From a virus (taxonomy: Duplodnaviria > Caudoviricetes), in IMG/VR virus record IMGVR_UViG_3300030433_000533, positions 1 to 30,326 of that record: a DNA stretch of 30,326 bases; one strand, given 5' to 3'. Positions 18,623-26,875 of the stretch are shown here, piece by piece. The number at the start of each line of letters is the position of its first letter. The stretch's first letter is position 1. The notes beneath the pieces were generated by a model. It saw only the letters and a program-made list of their open reading frames with translations, searched no databases and was not told the DNA's origin. Both the position numbers and the translations under genes were made by a program.

Positions 18623-20296
18623 TTATACGTTACACACTCCCCCATGACCGCTGATCTCGCAGATATCATGGGTTTCAATCGACTCTTCAAACTCTTCTCC
18701 GAGCTTGTCGATTGCTTCTGAATAACTGCATTGTGTAAGAGGTTGTCCACCTCTGGCACCGTCTGGATAGCACGTAAATCCACGCAGTCCGTGGGCATAC
18801 TTTGCGAGAGTTTTTGCAAACGGCTTTACCGTATCAGGGTTGTTTAGTTTTGTTCCCCATTTCGGCAGATTGATTGTCGAACTAATCGACATATCCACGT
18901 ACTTCTGTACGTCATACTGAAATTTAATGCGTCTTTCGTAATCTTCTGCGAGGTCGAGTGCGGACTCGATAGAGTCAGGCTTAACATCGTAAAGCTCCAC
19001 CATTTCCTGTGCGGTGGAATCAATCACGTATTGGTAGTGCCACCTTTTGTTTCCTTTGAGATACCGCCGCTTGTAGGCAACGGCGTATAGAGGCTCGATA
19101 CCGGAGGACGTACCTCCGACAATCGCTATCGAACCCGTGGGAGCAATGGCGCGATTGGCAACAGGGCGACTAATAGACAGAGCGTCAGCAAAAGAACGGC
19201 TGATAGTGTCAGATACGCCTTCGTAAATCCCCAACCATTTATGAAGCTCCGGTGTAACTTCGTACTTCGAGCCTCTCTTAATGAGCCATTCATGTAGTCC
19301 CATAAGACCAAGTCCGAGCCGCCTATTTTTCTCTCGGACTTCATATACTTTCTGATATGGCAGTTCTGCTCGAAGGGTGCCGCAAATAAGGAACTTCGTA
19401 GCCAACTCTGTAATAGTTCGTAGTTCATCGAGGTCGTCTATTCTCCCAAGGTTCATGCTTCCTAAATTACAAACGTCACTGTCATCGGCACTGGTAACTT
19501 CAGTACAGGCATTTCGCGCTGTCTCATCTTCTTTATCGAAGAAGTTAAAACTGAAACCGGGTTCCGCTGTACGCAGGGCTTGCTCGACGTTCTTAACGAA
19601 TACGTCTCCAAGCTCTCCCGTGTTCCAATACTTCATTAACCATTCGGTATCGTAGTTGACCGAGATGTTGGTGTGGTCTAACGGGCATTTGAAATTAAAG
19701 TCTGCCTCTTTCGCCTGTGCCATTGTGATGTCACCGACAGGCATGTCGTCCCAGTTCTTCGCAACGAGAAAGTCCTCGATGTCACCGTGCTTGTGGTTCA
19801 ATGAGGCATAGATAGCGGATCGCCGTGACCCGCCTTGCATTACAGATCCCCCAATGTGATCGACAAACTTCATGGCGGGTAGGGGGCCGCTTGCCATACC
19901 GCCAGTAGACTTCAGAGGCGTACCACTAGAACGATACACTGAGTAATCGTTACCAATGCCACCCCCTGTCATCAGACAGGAGGCAGCTTTCCAAGCAAGG
20001 TTAGACCATGACTCACGGGTATCTTCAGAGCTTTTAAGTAGGTAGCAGTTGTTGAAGAATTTTTTATCGCGACCAGCGTAGTAGAGATACCGACCACCGG
20101 GGATAAACTTGAGGGCAGCAATAGCTTCAGTGAGTGTTTCTTTCTCGTCTGCCGTCAGGTGTTCCTGACAGACATCATCGACCAGCGTCTTCGCTAGTTC
20201 GCTGAATGTCTCTGCACCTTCATGTCGATACTTGTGGTTGAAGATATCTTCCGCAAACTTTGAGCGGAACATTGGATTTGTATTAGATCGAAACAC
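18623..20296 (-). CDS. nrdJ: Ribonucleotide reductase, class II (adenosylcobalamin-dependent) type
   Basis: FIPGGRYL, NNCY, GGSRRSA, EPG, NACTE (NxCxE catalytic motif), CNLGS, RRLGLGLMG, APTGS, SISSTINLP, C-terminal Cys pair; no beta-subunit gene in the window. Confidence 0.85.
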   Translation of the reverse strand: MFRSNTNPMFRSKFAEDIFNHKYRHEGAETFSELAKTLVDDVCQEHLTADEKETLTEAIAALKFIPGGRYLYYAGRDKKFFNNCYLLKSSEDTRESWSNLAWKAASCLMTGGGIGNDYSVYRSSGTPLKSTGGMASGPLPAMKFVDHIGGSVMQGGSRRSAIYASLNHKHGDIEDFLVAKNWDDMPVGDITMAQAKEADFNFKCPLDHTNISVNYDTEWLMKYWNTGELGDVFVKNVEQALRTAEPGFSFNFFDKEDETARNACTEVTSADDSDVCNLGSMNLGRIDDLDELRTITELATKFLICGTLRAELPYQKVYEVREKNRRLGLGLMGLHEWLIKRGSKYEVTPELHKWLGIYEGVSDTISRSFADALSISRPVANRAIAPTGSIAIVGGTSSGIEPLYAVAYKRRYLKGNKRWHYQYVIDSTAQEMVELYDVKPDSIESALDLAEDYERRIKFQYDVQKYVDMSISSTINLPKWGTKLNNPDTVKPFAKTLAKYAHGLRGFTCYPDGARGGQPLTQCSYSEAIDKLGEEFEESIETHDICEISGHGGVCNV

Positions 20297-20503
20297 TCAA
20301 AGCTCCCGTAAGTTATCTGCTAGTTGTTCAAGGGATTTCTGCATGGCTTCCATGCCAATTTTCATATTCTGTTTCTCTTTGTACGTGACATCCCTAGATC
20401 GATACAAAGTAACAAGGGTTGCGGAGATGCATTTACCAAGTTCAGAAAAATGCTCCTGACAATCTTCAAAGGACTTAGCCAAGGGAATAGGGTTCTTAGA
20501 CAA
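20297..20503 (-). CDS. Hypothetical protein (68 aa)
   Basis: Tiles between DUF3310 and RNR; GGAG-type SD upstream. Confidence 0.6.
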   Translation of the reverse strand: MSKNPIPLAKSFEDCQEHFSELGKCISATLVTLYRSRDVTYKEKQNMKIGMEAMQKSLEQLADNLREL

Positions 20504-20816
20504 CGGGTTCTCCCTTGATGTCTTTGATACGCATCTCGATATATTCCTTGGCTTTCTCTAGGTCTTTGATTTCATCTTCCCAAGTTGACCCTTTGTAGCC
20601 AGCCCTCATTGCGTATTTGACGATGTTGCCCCGCCAAAACTCTAATCTGTTTTCAAGAATGAACTCGATAGGTTGCACCTTCCAACGTGCATAATGCTTT
20701 GGTGCGGTTACCTCGTCGAAGAGTTCTTCCTGTTCACCGTGTATACCTGACGTATTGTACATTGATCTTTCTGCTGCTCTTTGCATCTGCACACTTATTG
20801 AGTTGGAGGTTGCCAT
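20496..20816 (-). CDS. DUF3310 / T7 gp1.7-like protein
   Basis: EVTAPKHY...QPIEFI...FWRGNIVKYAMRAGYKG...DLEKAKEYI. Confidence 0.85.
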   Translation of the reverse strand: MATSNSISVQMQRAAERSMYNTSGIHGEQEELFDEVTAPKHYARWKVQPIEFILENRLEFWRGNIVKYAMRAGYKGSTWEDEIKDLEKAKEYIEMRIKDIKGEPVV

Positions 20817-21520
20817 AAGTTCACCGTGTTCGTTTTCATGTTGTAGTCATTTGCTTTTAGCAGGTACGCAAGCCGCGCATTTTCAAGAGCGTCATCCTCG
20901 TTGAGACCTGCCTTCTCAAACGCAGTTAGCACCTCTCCCCACAGTGTCGCAGGGTCTGTTTGATCCTTGAGCAACTTCTCTGCTTTGACAGGACCGACGC
21001 CGGGACAACCTTTATAGTTGTCAGAGCTATCGCCCATGAGTGTCTGCATATAGAACCATCGTGTACATTCGTCTGGTTCCCGCTTGACCAGATCACCATC
21101 GACAAAATGATAACCAGGTACTTGCAGAAGGTCTTTGTCAGGTGAGACGACTATCGTGTCATCGTCTGCCAGCATCGAGATAACATCATCAGCTTCGAGG
21201 GTTGGTATAATTCGCGTGTCATAAGTGTTACGCAGGTGTTCTCTCGCTGCGTTCAAGCACAGGGGTTTACGCTGTGACTTACGATTAGCTTTGTATTCAG
21301 AGCTTATGTTCTTACGGAAGTTCTCCCTGTCGGTTAGGGCGACGATCATTCCGTCTGCTTCCGTCTCTTCCATAAGCCAGCCGAGATAGTTGTCTATCTC
21401 TGCGTTCACTTCTTGGGCATCGCTATGCAATGTCCAGAAGTCTTCGTACCATTCTATAGGTTCTTCAAATGCCGCCGCTGTGCGGTAGGCAACAATGTCT
21501 CCATCGACTAACAGTCTCAA
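20795..21520 (-). CDS. 5'-3' exonuclease (gp6-like)
   Basis: LLVDGDIVAY, NFRK...YKANRK, LEADDVI, DKDLLQVPG, QTLMGDSSDNYKGCPGVG; TTG start overlapping the upstream TGA, GGAG SD. Confidence 0.95.
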   Translation of the reverse strand: MRLLVDGDIVAYRTAAAFEEPIEWYEDFWTLHSDAQEVNAEIDNYLGWLMEETEADGMIVALTDRENFRKNISSEYKANRKSQRKPLCLNAAREHLRNTYDTRIIPTLEADDVISMLADDDTIVVSPDKDLLQVPGYHFVDGDLVKREPDECTRWFYMQTLMGDSSDNYKGCPGVGPVKAEKLLKDQTDPATLWGEVLTAFEKAGLNEDDALENARLAYLLKANDYNMKTNTVNLWQPPTQ

Positions 21521-21921
21521 CTGTCTCTCCTATCTAAATGTTCGTAATGGGTTTTCTTCTGAGAACTGAGAAAGTCTTTGACCTCCTCAGATTTCGTACC
21601 TCGCCATGCAATCAGTGCGAGGGCTTGGACATGCTTCTCTTTGAGGTGGTTCAGTAGCTTTTCACAGAGATTGATTGCTCGATCTCCATAAACCGCCCAT
21701 GTCCAACTTGCTCTGGAATTGCCTTTAGCTTTTCCATGAGTGGTAATCGAACCACCGTACTGATCGTAAATGCTGCATAGTATGTCGTAGTTGCAGCTAT
21801 TTACTTTGACGCAGACGGTATTCGTCTTCGTAATGAAGCAACCTTCTCCGTCGAGGTAGCCAGCTAACCACTCTTCGCTAATGTGTTTCGGACCAGTTCC
21901 TTCCGATACGATATTCAGCAT
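21517..21921 (-). CDS. Free-standing single-motif LAGLIDADG homing endonuclease (start uncertain: 21987, ATG 21921 or ATT 21882)
   Basis: WLAGYLDGEGCF motif followed by a YGG turn, W.W.V strand and LKEKHVQA helix; sits between DNA polymerase and exonuclease, outside any intron. Confidence 0.82.
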   Translation of the reverse strand: MLNIVSEGTGPKHISEEWLAGYLDGEGCFITKTNTVCVKVNSCNYDILCSIYDQYGGSITTHGKAKGNSRASWTWAVYGDRAINLCEKLLNHLKEKHVQALALIAWRGTKSEEVKDFLSSQKKTHYEHLDRRDS

Positions 21922-23635
21922 CGAGGGGTGTTCTGATTCCGAAGTAGTCTCCCGCTTTTTTAATAGATCGTACTGCGAGTTCACCAAATATTTCTCCTAC
22001 ATCTTCATCACATTCCCATTGGACTTCATCATGAACCCACGCCACCTGACGGCAGCGGTCACGCAGACCTTGGATGTGAACTTCTTTATTGATTTCGATA
22101 AGCCAGCGTTTGCAGATCAGAGCGCCAGCGGATTGAATAATGAGGTTGGGAGAACTGTGAGGGCTACGAACCTTCAACAGTCTGCCATCGAGACCAGTAA
22201 GATATCCTTGGTCTTCTGCCTTCTGTTTTACTTTGGTTATGAAGGAGTCGAGGGCTGGCAATTCCTTGAAGAAACGCTTCTTCAATTTAGCCCCGGTTGC
22301 CCTCGTACCTCCAACTATCTGCCCCAGCTTCTCAGCACCTGCCGAAAAGATCAGAGCATAGATAAACGTCTTGGCTTGATCGCGTGTTTCTAGCCCAGCC
22401 TTCTGCTGATTGAAGGTATGAATGTCACCTTCGAGTATAGCTTTGGCATACGCACCTTTATCAATCGGATGCATGAAGTGGGCAAGGACACGTAGCTCAA
22501 GACCTGATACGTCAGAGCCAACGAGTACCTTACCCTCTGGAACCGTGAACAACTCTCGACACTCTTTGCCGAAAGGCACACGGCAGCTAGGTATCTGCGC
22601 CATGTTGGGGTTCCGGTGTGTAGCTCTGCCTGTGACAGCACCATTGACTAGAACCCTGCCATGTATGCGGTTATCTCCTTTGACATTCGATAACCAAGCC
22701 TGCCGACCCTCGCTCAAAGCTGCGATACGTTTCGCTATAAGAAAGTAATCAGCCAGCTTCTTAGCTTCGGGATAGTTCAACGACTGAAGTATGGTCTCAT
22801 CGATCTTCGGTTGACCGTTTGGCGTATACTCCTTCGGCTTCCACCGATACTTGTGTTTCAGTCTGTTCGCTATGTGGTGACGAGACTGCGGGTTGAAGGT
22901 CACTGTCGTTACCTTCTCCGTCATCTCCCCCTTCACGTACCCGTACTTTGAGTTTGTTGCCTTCGGCATGAACGGTGTACGTACTTCGTATGGCGGGAAT
23001 ATCTCTTGGAGTTCTCTCTCCAGTTTCTCTCGCTGTTCTTCGAGATATGTTGCGAGATTCCATGCCTTGTCTTTGTCGAACAGAAAACCGTGACGCTCTT
23101 GCGCGGAGCATATTCGATGCACGGCGTGTTCGAGCGAGATACTTTTTTTTGAGAACTTCTTAGAAGTTAAGTAATCGTGGAGTGCGTGAGTGACATGCAC
23201 ATCTTGCACGGCATACTCCAGCATCTCTTCAGTGAGAGTATCCCACGGTCCCTCGAAGTCTCCTTTCAATTTACCAAGCCGAAGCCCCCATGCCTTGAGG
23301 CTATGAGAACCGTTGAGCCGGGGAGGTAAATCTTTTTTGTCGAAGTCTCGACGCTGTATGTCTGGTGCTACTAGCCTAGCCCATACCAAGGTATCTAATA
23401 CCGAAGCTGACTTCGGTTTAAAGTCAGGTTCAAACTTCTGTATGACAGGTATGTCGAAGTCGATAATGTTGTGACCGATAATCTCATCAGCCTCTGACAG
23501 AACAGGCAAAGCGTCACGCCAGTCAGATGTATAGGTCGTGATATTGTCGTCTGCTTTATCGATGTCCTTGGTAATCAAACAGTGGATGACATCTGGGTCG
23601 AGACCGTCTGTCTCGATATCGAAGACGATCCTAAT
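21878..23635 (-). CDS. DNA polymerase family A (gp5-like) with 3'-5' exonuclease; start extended to ATT 23635
   Basis: Exo I VFDIETDGL (upstream of the track's TTG), Exo II GHNIIDFD, SHSLKAWG, Exo III YAVQDV, TGR, motif A DVSGLELR, motif B RDQAKTFIY, motif C HDE. Confidence 0.95.
   Translation of the reverse strand: MRIVFDIETDGLDPDVIHCLITKDIDKADDNITTYTSDWRDALPVLSEADEIIGHNIIDFDIPVIQKFEPDFKPKSASVLDTLVWARLVAPDIQRRDFDKKDLPPRLNGSHSLKAWGLRLGKLKGDFEGPWDTLTEEMLEYAVQDVHVTHALHDYLTSKKFSKKSISLEHAVHRICSAQERHGFLFDKDKAWNLATYLEEQREKLERELQEIFPPYEVRTPFMPKATNSKYGYVKGEMTEKVTTVTFNPQSRHHIANRLKHKYRWKPKEYTPNGQPKIDETILQSLNYPEAKKLADYFLIAKRIAALSEGRQAWLSNVKGDNRIHGRVLVNGAVTGRATHRNPNMAQIPSCRVPFGKECRELFTVPEGKVLVGSDVSGLELRVLAHFMHPIDKGAYAKAILEGDIHTFNQQKAGLETRDQAKTFIYALIFSAGAEKLGQIVGGTRATGAKLKKRFFKELPALDSFITKVKQKAEDQGYLTGLDGRLLKVRSPHSSPNLIIQSAGALICKRWLIEINKEVHIQGLRDRCRQVAWVHDEVQWECDEDVGEIFGELAVRSIKKAGDYFGIRTPLDAEYRIGRNWSETH
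23396..23420. promoter_or_regulatory. Palindromic motif copy 4 (inside DNA polymerase CDS)
   Basis: TAATA-CCGAAG-CTGA-CTTCGG-TTTA. Confidence 0.65.
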
Positions 23636-23861
23636 GGATGGTCTCCAAAATTAACTCGATGTTGTCTACCTCTTCATGAAAGACGGCTAGGTCATTCAAC
23701 AGGTCTTCGACAATATCTTTCGTTGCGCTATCAAATAGGTGGATTTCGATAATGTCTGTTGGATTATCGATGGCATCCTGAACCGCAGCGAACACGGTGT
23801 GGTATGCGTCTCTTACTTCAGCGGTGAAGTCAGACGCTTTGATGTCCGCATCAAAAGTCAT
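23631..23861 (-). CDS. Acidic hypothetical protein (76 aa)
   Basis: Start reassigned to ATG 23861 (MTFDADIK) with AAGGAG SD; between helicase and polymerase. Confidence 0.7.
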   Translation of the reverse strand: MTFDADIKASDFTAEVRDAYHTVFAAVQDAIDNPTDIIEIHLFDSATKDIVEDLLNDLAVFHEEVDNIELILETIH

Positions 23862-25458
23862 TTGACGTTTCTCCTTCTTCTTCATAACTACATTCTCGCA
23901 ACAGTGTTGTAGGTGGATCGAATTGAATACGACAAGCCACGCCTGTATCTCCGCTGAAGCGGTTCTTCAGCACACGCACAGTGCTGATATTCTGATCGTC
24001 AGAAAGATCGCGTTCGATACCAATCACACTGTCACTTAGTTGACTGATGCTGTGGCTACCTCTCAATGCAGAGAGACTTAGCTCGATACCGTTCTCGTAA
24101 CCTTTATTGCCGTCAGGTCTGCGTAGGTGTGAGACCAGAACCATGCCTATGTTTGTCTCTTCAACGAGAGATCGAAGAGTGGTCATGGTCTGGTCGATCA
24201 GCCGCCGCTCATCACCATCAGCAAACGCTGACGACATGATGGACAGGTGATCGAGGACAACCCAATGCACATCGCAGGCTTTCGCCATGAACCTGATACG
24301 GTTGATTAGGTTCTGACTGTCGATACTACCGAAGTGGTCATAGCAGTAGAGACCTTTGAGTTCATGGTACACCTGCATCCGCTCTGTCTGCTCATCGTCC
24401 GACAAGTCAGACCAATCGCGGGTGTCCGTATGGATTGCTTTGCCCAGCCGCAGAGACATCAGTCCCTCGACCGTTCGCTGAACGGATTCTTCGAGAGCGA
24501 TGTAGCCAACCTTCTCTCCATCTCTCAGAAGAGTGTCGGTCACTTGCCGGCAGAACTGTGACTTACCCACGCCCGTACCAGCACAGACTGTTACGAGTTC
24601 ACCTCGACGCAAGCCATGCGTCTTATCTGTCAGGCCATCGAAGGGGTAGGGCTTGCTCTCTTTATTCTTAGGTCGCCTGATGTATTCAAGCAGACCAGCG
24701 TGATCGACAATACCGTCAGGGTGATAGGGTCGCGCACCCCACAGGGCATCGACTAGCTCACCTTCTCTATTGTCTTGCAGCATGTCGCTCGCGTCTTTGC
24801 TTGGCAGCGTTACGATGTACGCCTTGCCGGGTGTAAAGAGTTGAGCAACCTTCTTGGCTTTCTCTTTGCCAAGCTCATCGTTATCGAAGCAGATGTTAAT
24901 CCGCTCGAACTTCTCTAACCATTCCAAGCTACGCTTACATGATTTCTCTGCGTTAGCTATTCCATTAGGAATGGAGACGACTGCGTATTTGTTATGACCG
25001 AATACCTGACTGATGGTCAGTGCATCGATCTCACCTTCTGTTACAGTCACCATCTTCCCGCCTTCTCTCCACAGCCACTGTCCGTAGAGTTCTGTTTGTT
25101 GCGGGTAGCCTTTCCAAGAAAACTTCTTGTCGGGTGTCCTTAGTTTCTGAGCGACCAGATTCTTCTGATCGTCAAAGTAGTTTGCTATGTGGACGGTCTT
25201 CTCTCCGTCCTTACCAATCTCGTAGTTAAACAAGCTCGCGGTATCTGATGTGATACGTCGAGAGTTTAACGGTTTAGACTTTCCTCTAATCATTTCTGTT
25301 TTGATCTCTCCTTGAGGTTGGTCAGGGTGTTCGTAGTACTTGCATCCAAAACAAAAGCCGTGACCGTCAGAGTAACGAGCGAGATTATCTTTGCTCCCAC
25401 ACTGCGGACACGGCTCATGCTGAATGAACTCGGAGTCTGGTTTATATTCCGTTTTCAT
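23851..25458 (-). CDS. Primase/helicase (gp4-like)
   Basis: Zn finger CPQC...CFGC, TOPRIM TEGEIDA and FDND, Walker A AGTGVGKS, LDHL, LVSHLRR, LRGSHSISQLSD, KNRFSG; start likely ATG 25458. Confidence 0.96.
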   Translation of the reverse strand: MKTEYKPDSEFIQHEPCPQCGSKDNLARYSDGHGFCFGCKYYEHPDQPQGEIKTEMIRGKSKPLNSRRITSDTASLFNYEIGKDGEKTVHIANYFDDQKNLVAQKLRTPDKKFSWKGYPQQTELYGQWLWREGGKMVTVTEGEIDALTISQVFGHNKYAVVSIPNGIANAEKSCKRSLEWLEKFERINICFDNDELGKEKAKKVAQLFTPGKAYIVTLPSKDASDMLQDNREGELVDALWGARPYHPDGIVDHAGLLEYIRRPKNKESKPYPFDGLTDKTHGLRRGELVTVCAGTGVGKSQFCRQVTDTLLRDGEKVGYIALEESVQRTVEGLMSLRLGKAIHTDTRDWSDLSDDEQTERMQVYHELKGLYCYDHFGSIDSQNLINRIRFMAKACDVHWVVLDHLSIMSSAFADGDERRLIDQTMTTLRSLVEETNIGMVLVSHLRRPDGNKGYENGIELSLSALRGSHSISQLSDSVIGIERDLSDDQNISTVRVLKNRFSGDTGVACRIQFDPPTTLLRECSYEEEGETSNDF

Positions 25459-25864
25459 CTCTCCATTTCTGTACGTCGAAGCACGGGCAGTCCTTCTTCG
25501 ATAGCTCGTTGTGTCCAACGATCTCAACGCCGGGGTACTGCTCGACTAAATCTTCGATGAGTTCACGGAGAATATCCCACTGGATATCAGTGTAGTTGTC
25601 GGCGCTCTTACCATTTGGATCGAGGCCACCCGCCAGAGCTACACCAATCGACGTAGAGTTATGACCGTAGGCATGAGCGCCCACCTCTTCGATATCTCTA
25701 CCCGTCTCTACTTCTCCGTCTCTGTTGATTAGGAAGTGATAACCAATCGTTCTGAAACCACGCTGGATATGCCACTTCTTAACAATGTCAGCATTCACTT
25801 CTTGATCGGCTCTCGTTGCCGTACAGTGAATGACAATCTTTTCAGTTTCTTTTCTTAATTGCAT
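25442..25864 (-). CDS. N-acetylmuramoyl-L-alanine amidase (T7 lysozyme gp3.5-like)
   Basis: IVIHCTAT, WH..RGF..IGYHFLI, GAH, GHNE...KDCPCFD with zinc ligands. Confidence 0.95.
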   Translation of the reverse strand: MQLRKETEKIVIHCTATRADQEVNADIVKKWHIQRGFRTIGYHFLINRDGEVETGRDIEEVGAHAYGHNSTSIGVALAGGLDPNGKSADNYTDIQWDILRELIEDLVEQYPGVEIVGHNELSKKDCPCFDVQKWRDENGI

Positions 25865-26357
25865 CCTTGATTAAATCGCTTAATGAATTGAGATCGGCAT
25901 ACTTAAAGCCGTGCTTCTCACACCACATGGCGTAAGTTGTTTTAGATTTTTTTGATATGCGGGTATTCGGATTCGAGAATAGAAACCGGATGTCGAGACC
26001 ACCGTCTTCGGGTGGACCGTAGTGCTTACGGATTAACAGGTGTTTGGCTCGATCAGAACTATCGAACCTACCTTTAACCTCGACGTATACATTTCCGATT
26101 TGAAAGTCAGGTTTATACTTGTGGAGCTTCGCTGGCTTTAGATATTCAATCCAGTGCGGCTCATACGAAAAGGTGACCCCCAAGTTTTGCAACCCAAGAG
26201 CCACCTTTTCTTCCAAACCTGACCGAAAGGTCAGACCAAACAGCGTACTAAAAGTCTTCTTCGCTGTCCATCTCGTCTGTCGTTTCTTCTGATTCCGAAA
26301 CCGATTCCTTCGATACGTCTTCGTCTCGACGGACGTATCCTTCTTCTTCGGTTTCAA
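25842..26357 (-). CDS. Endonuclease I / Holliday junction resolvase (gp3-like); start uncertain
   Basis: FRSGLEEKVA, YKPDF, VEVKGRF, DRAKHLLI, LDIRFLF, SKTTYAMWCEKHGF. Nearest canonical start is TTG 26357, inside the SSB gene. Confidence 0.92.
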   Translation of the reverse strand: MKPKKKDTSVETKTYRRNRFRNQKKRQTRWTAKKTFSTLFGLTFRSGLEEKVALGLQNLGVTFSYEPHWIEYLKPAKLHKYKPDFQIGNVYVEVKGRFDSSDRAKHLLIRKHYGPPEDGGLDIRFLFSNPNTRISKKSKTTYAMWCEKHGFKYADLNSLSDLIKDAIKKRN

Positions 26358-26856
26358 AGCCAAAGCCTTCCATGCCGTTAGCACCACCACTGACGAGATC
26401 GAGAACTTGCACAGCCCTCAGTCTCATGGATATCCCTGCACCTATTGGTGCTACGTAGGGGTTGAGCCAACTCGACACTCGAAGTTTTGATCCTGACCAA
26501 ACCTCTATGTTTTCCATTGGTGTACCCTGACTGTCGTAGACAGGTATGCGTGGCTTGGCTTTAGCCTTCGACTTAAACTTGAACTGAACGGCACCAGTTG
26601 GATTGCCGTCATCGTCTTCTTCGTCTTGGTAGGGACGAGGTGCTTCCTTTACTTTCTTCTTACCTTCATTTTTTAGATCAGACACAAGCTCATCGATCTG
26701 ATCTTCAATGGTTTCGATGAAAGGTTTAGCATCTTCCTTGTCTAAGACGAGAGTTACAGAGAACTCACCGTCAGTGTCCCACTTATAATTTGGCTTCGTA
26801 ATCCAGCACCATTTAGCAACGCCTGCTGGCGAAGTGTATTGTAATCCTCTTTTCAA
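26248..26856 (-). CDS. Single-stranded DNA-binding protein (gp2.5-like)
   Basis: TSPAG, FKFK, GS.L.V, GISMRLRAVQVLDL, acidic tail ending EEDF; TTG start with GGAG SD. Confidence 0.93.
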   Translation of the reverse strand: MKRGLQYTSPAGVAKWCWITKPNYKWDTDGEFSVTLVLDKEDAKPFIETIEDQIDELVSDLKNEGKKKVKEAPRPYQDEEDDDGNPTGAVQFKFKSKAKAKPRIPVYDSQGTPMENIEVWSGSKLRVSSWLNPYVAPIGAGISMRLRAVQVLDLVSGGANGMEGFGFETEEEGYVRRDEDVSKESVSESEETTDEMDSEEDF

Positions 26857-26875
26857 AATAGGTTCTCCGAATAGG

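Noticed and set aside
18583-18819. 78-aa minus-strand ORF and similar alternate-frame ORFs (19126..19428, 22390..22644, 22797..23111)
   Set aside because: Nested in well-supported RNR or polymerase genes, without SD or motifs.
21517-21987. LAGLIDADG as part of an intron or intein in the polymerase
   Set aside because: Polymerase ends normally (IGRNWSETH-stop), exonuclease starts normally, and there is no non-coding room for a ribozyme core.
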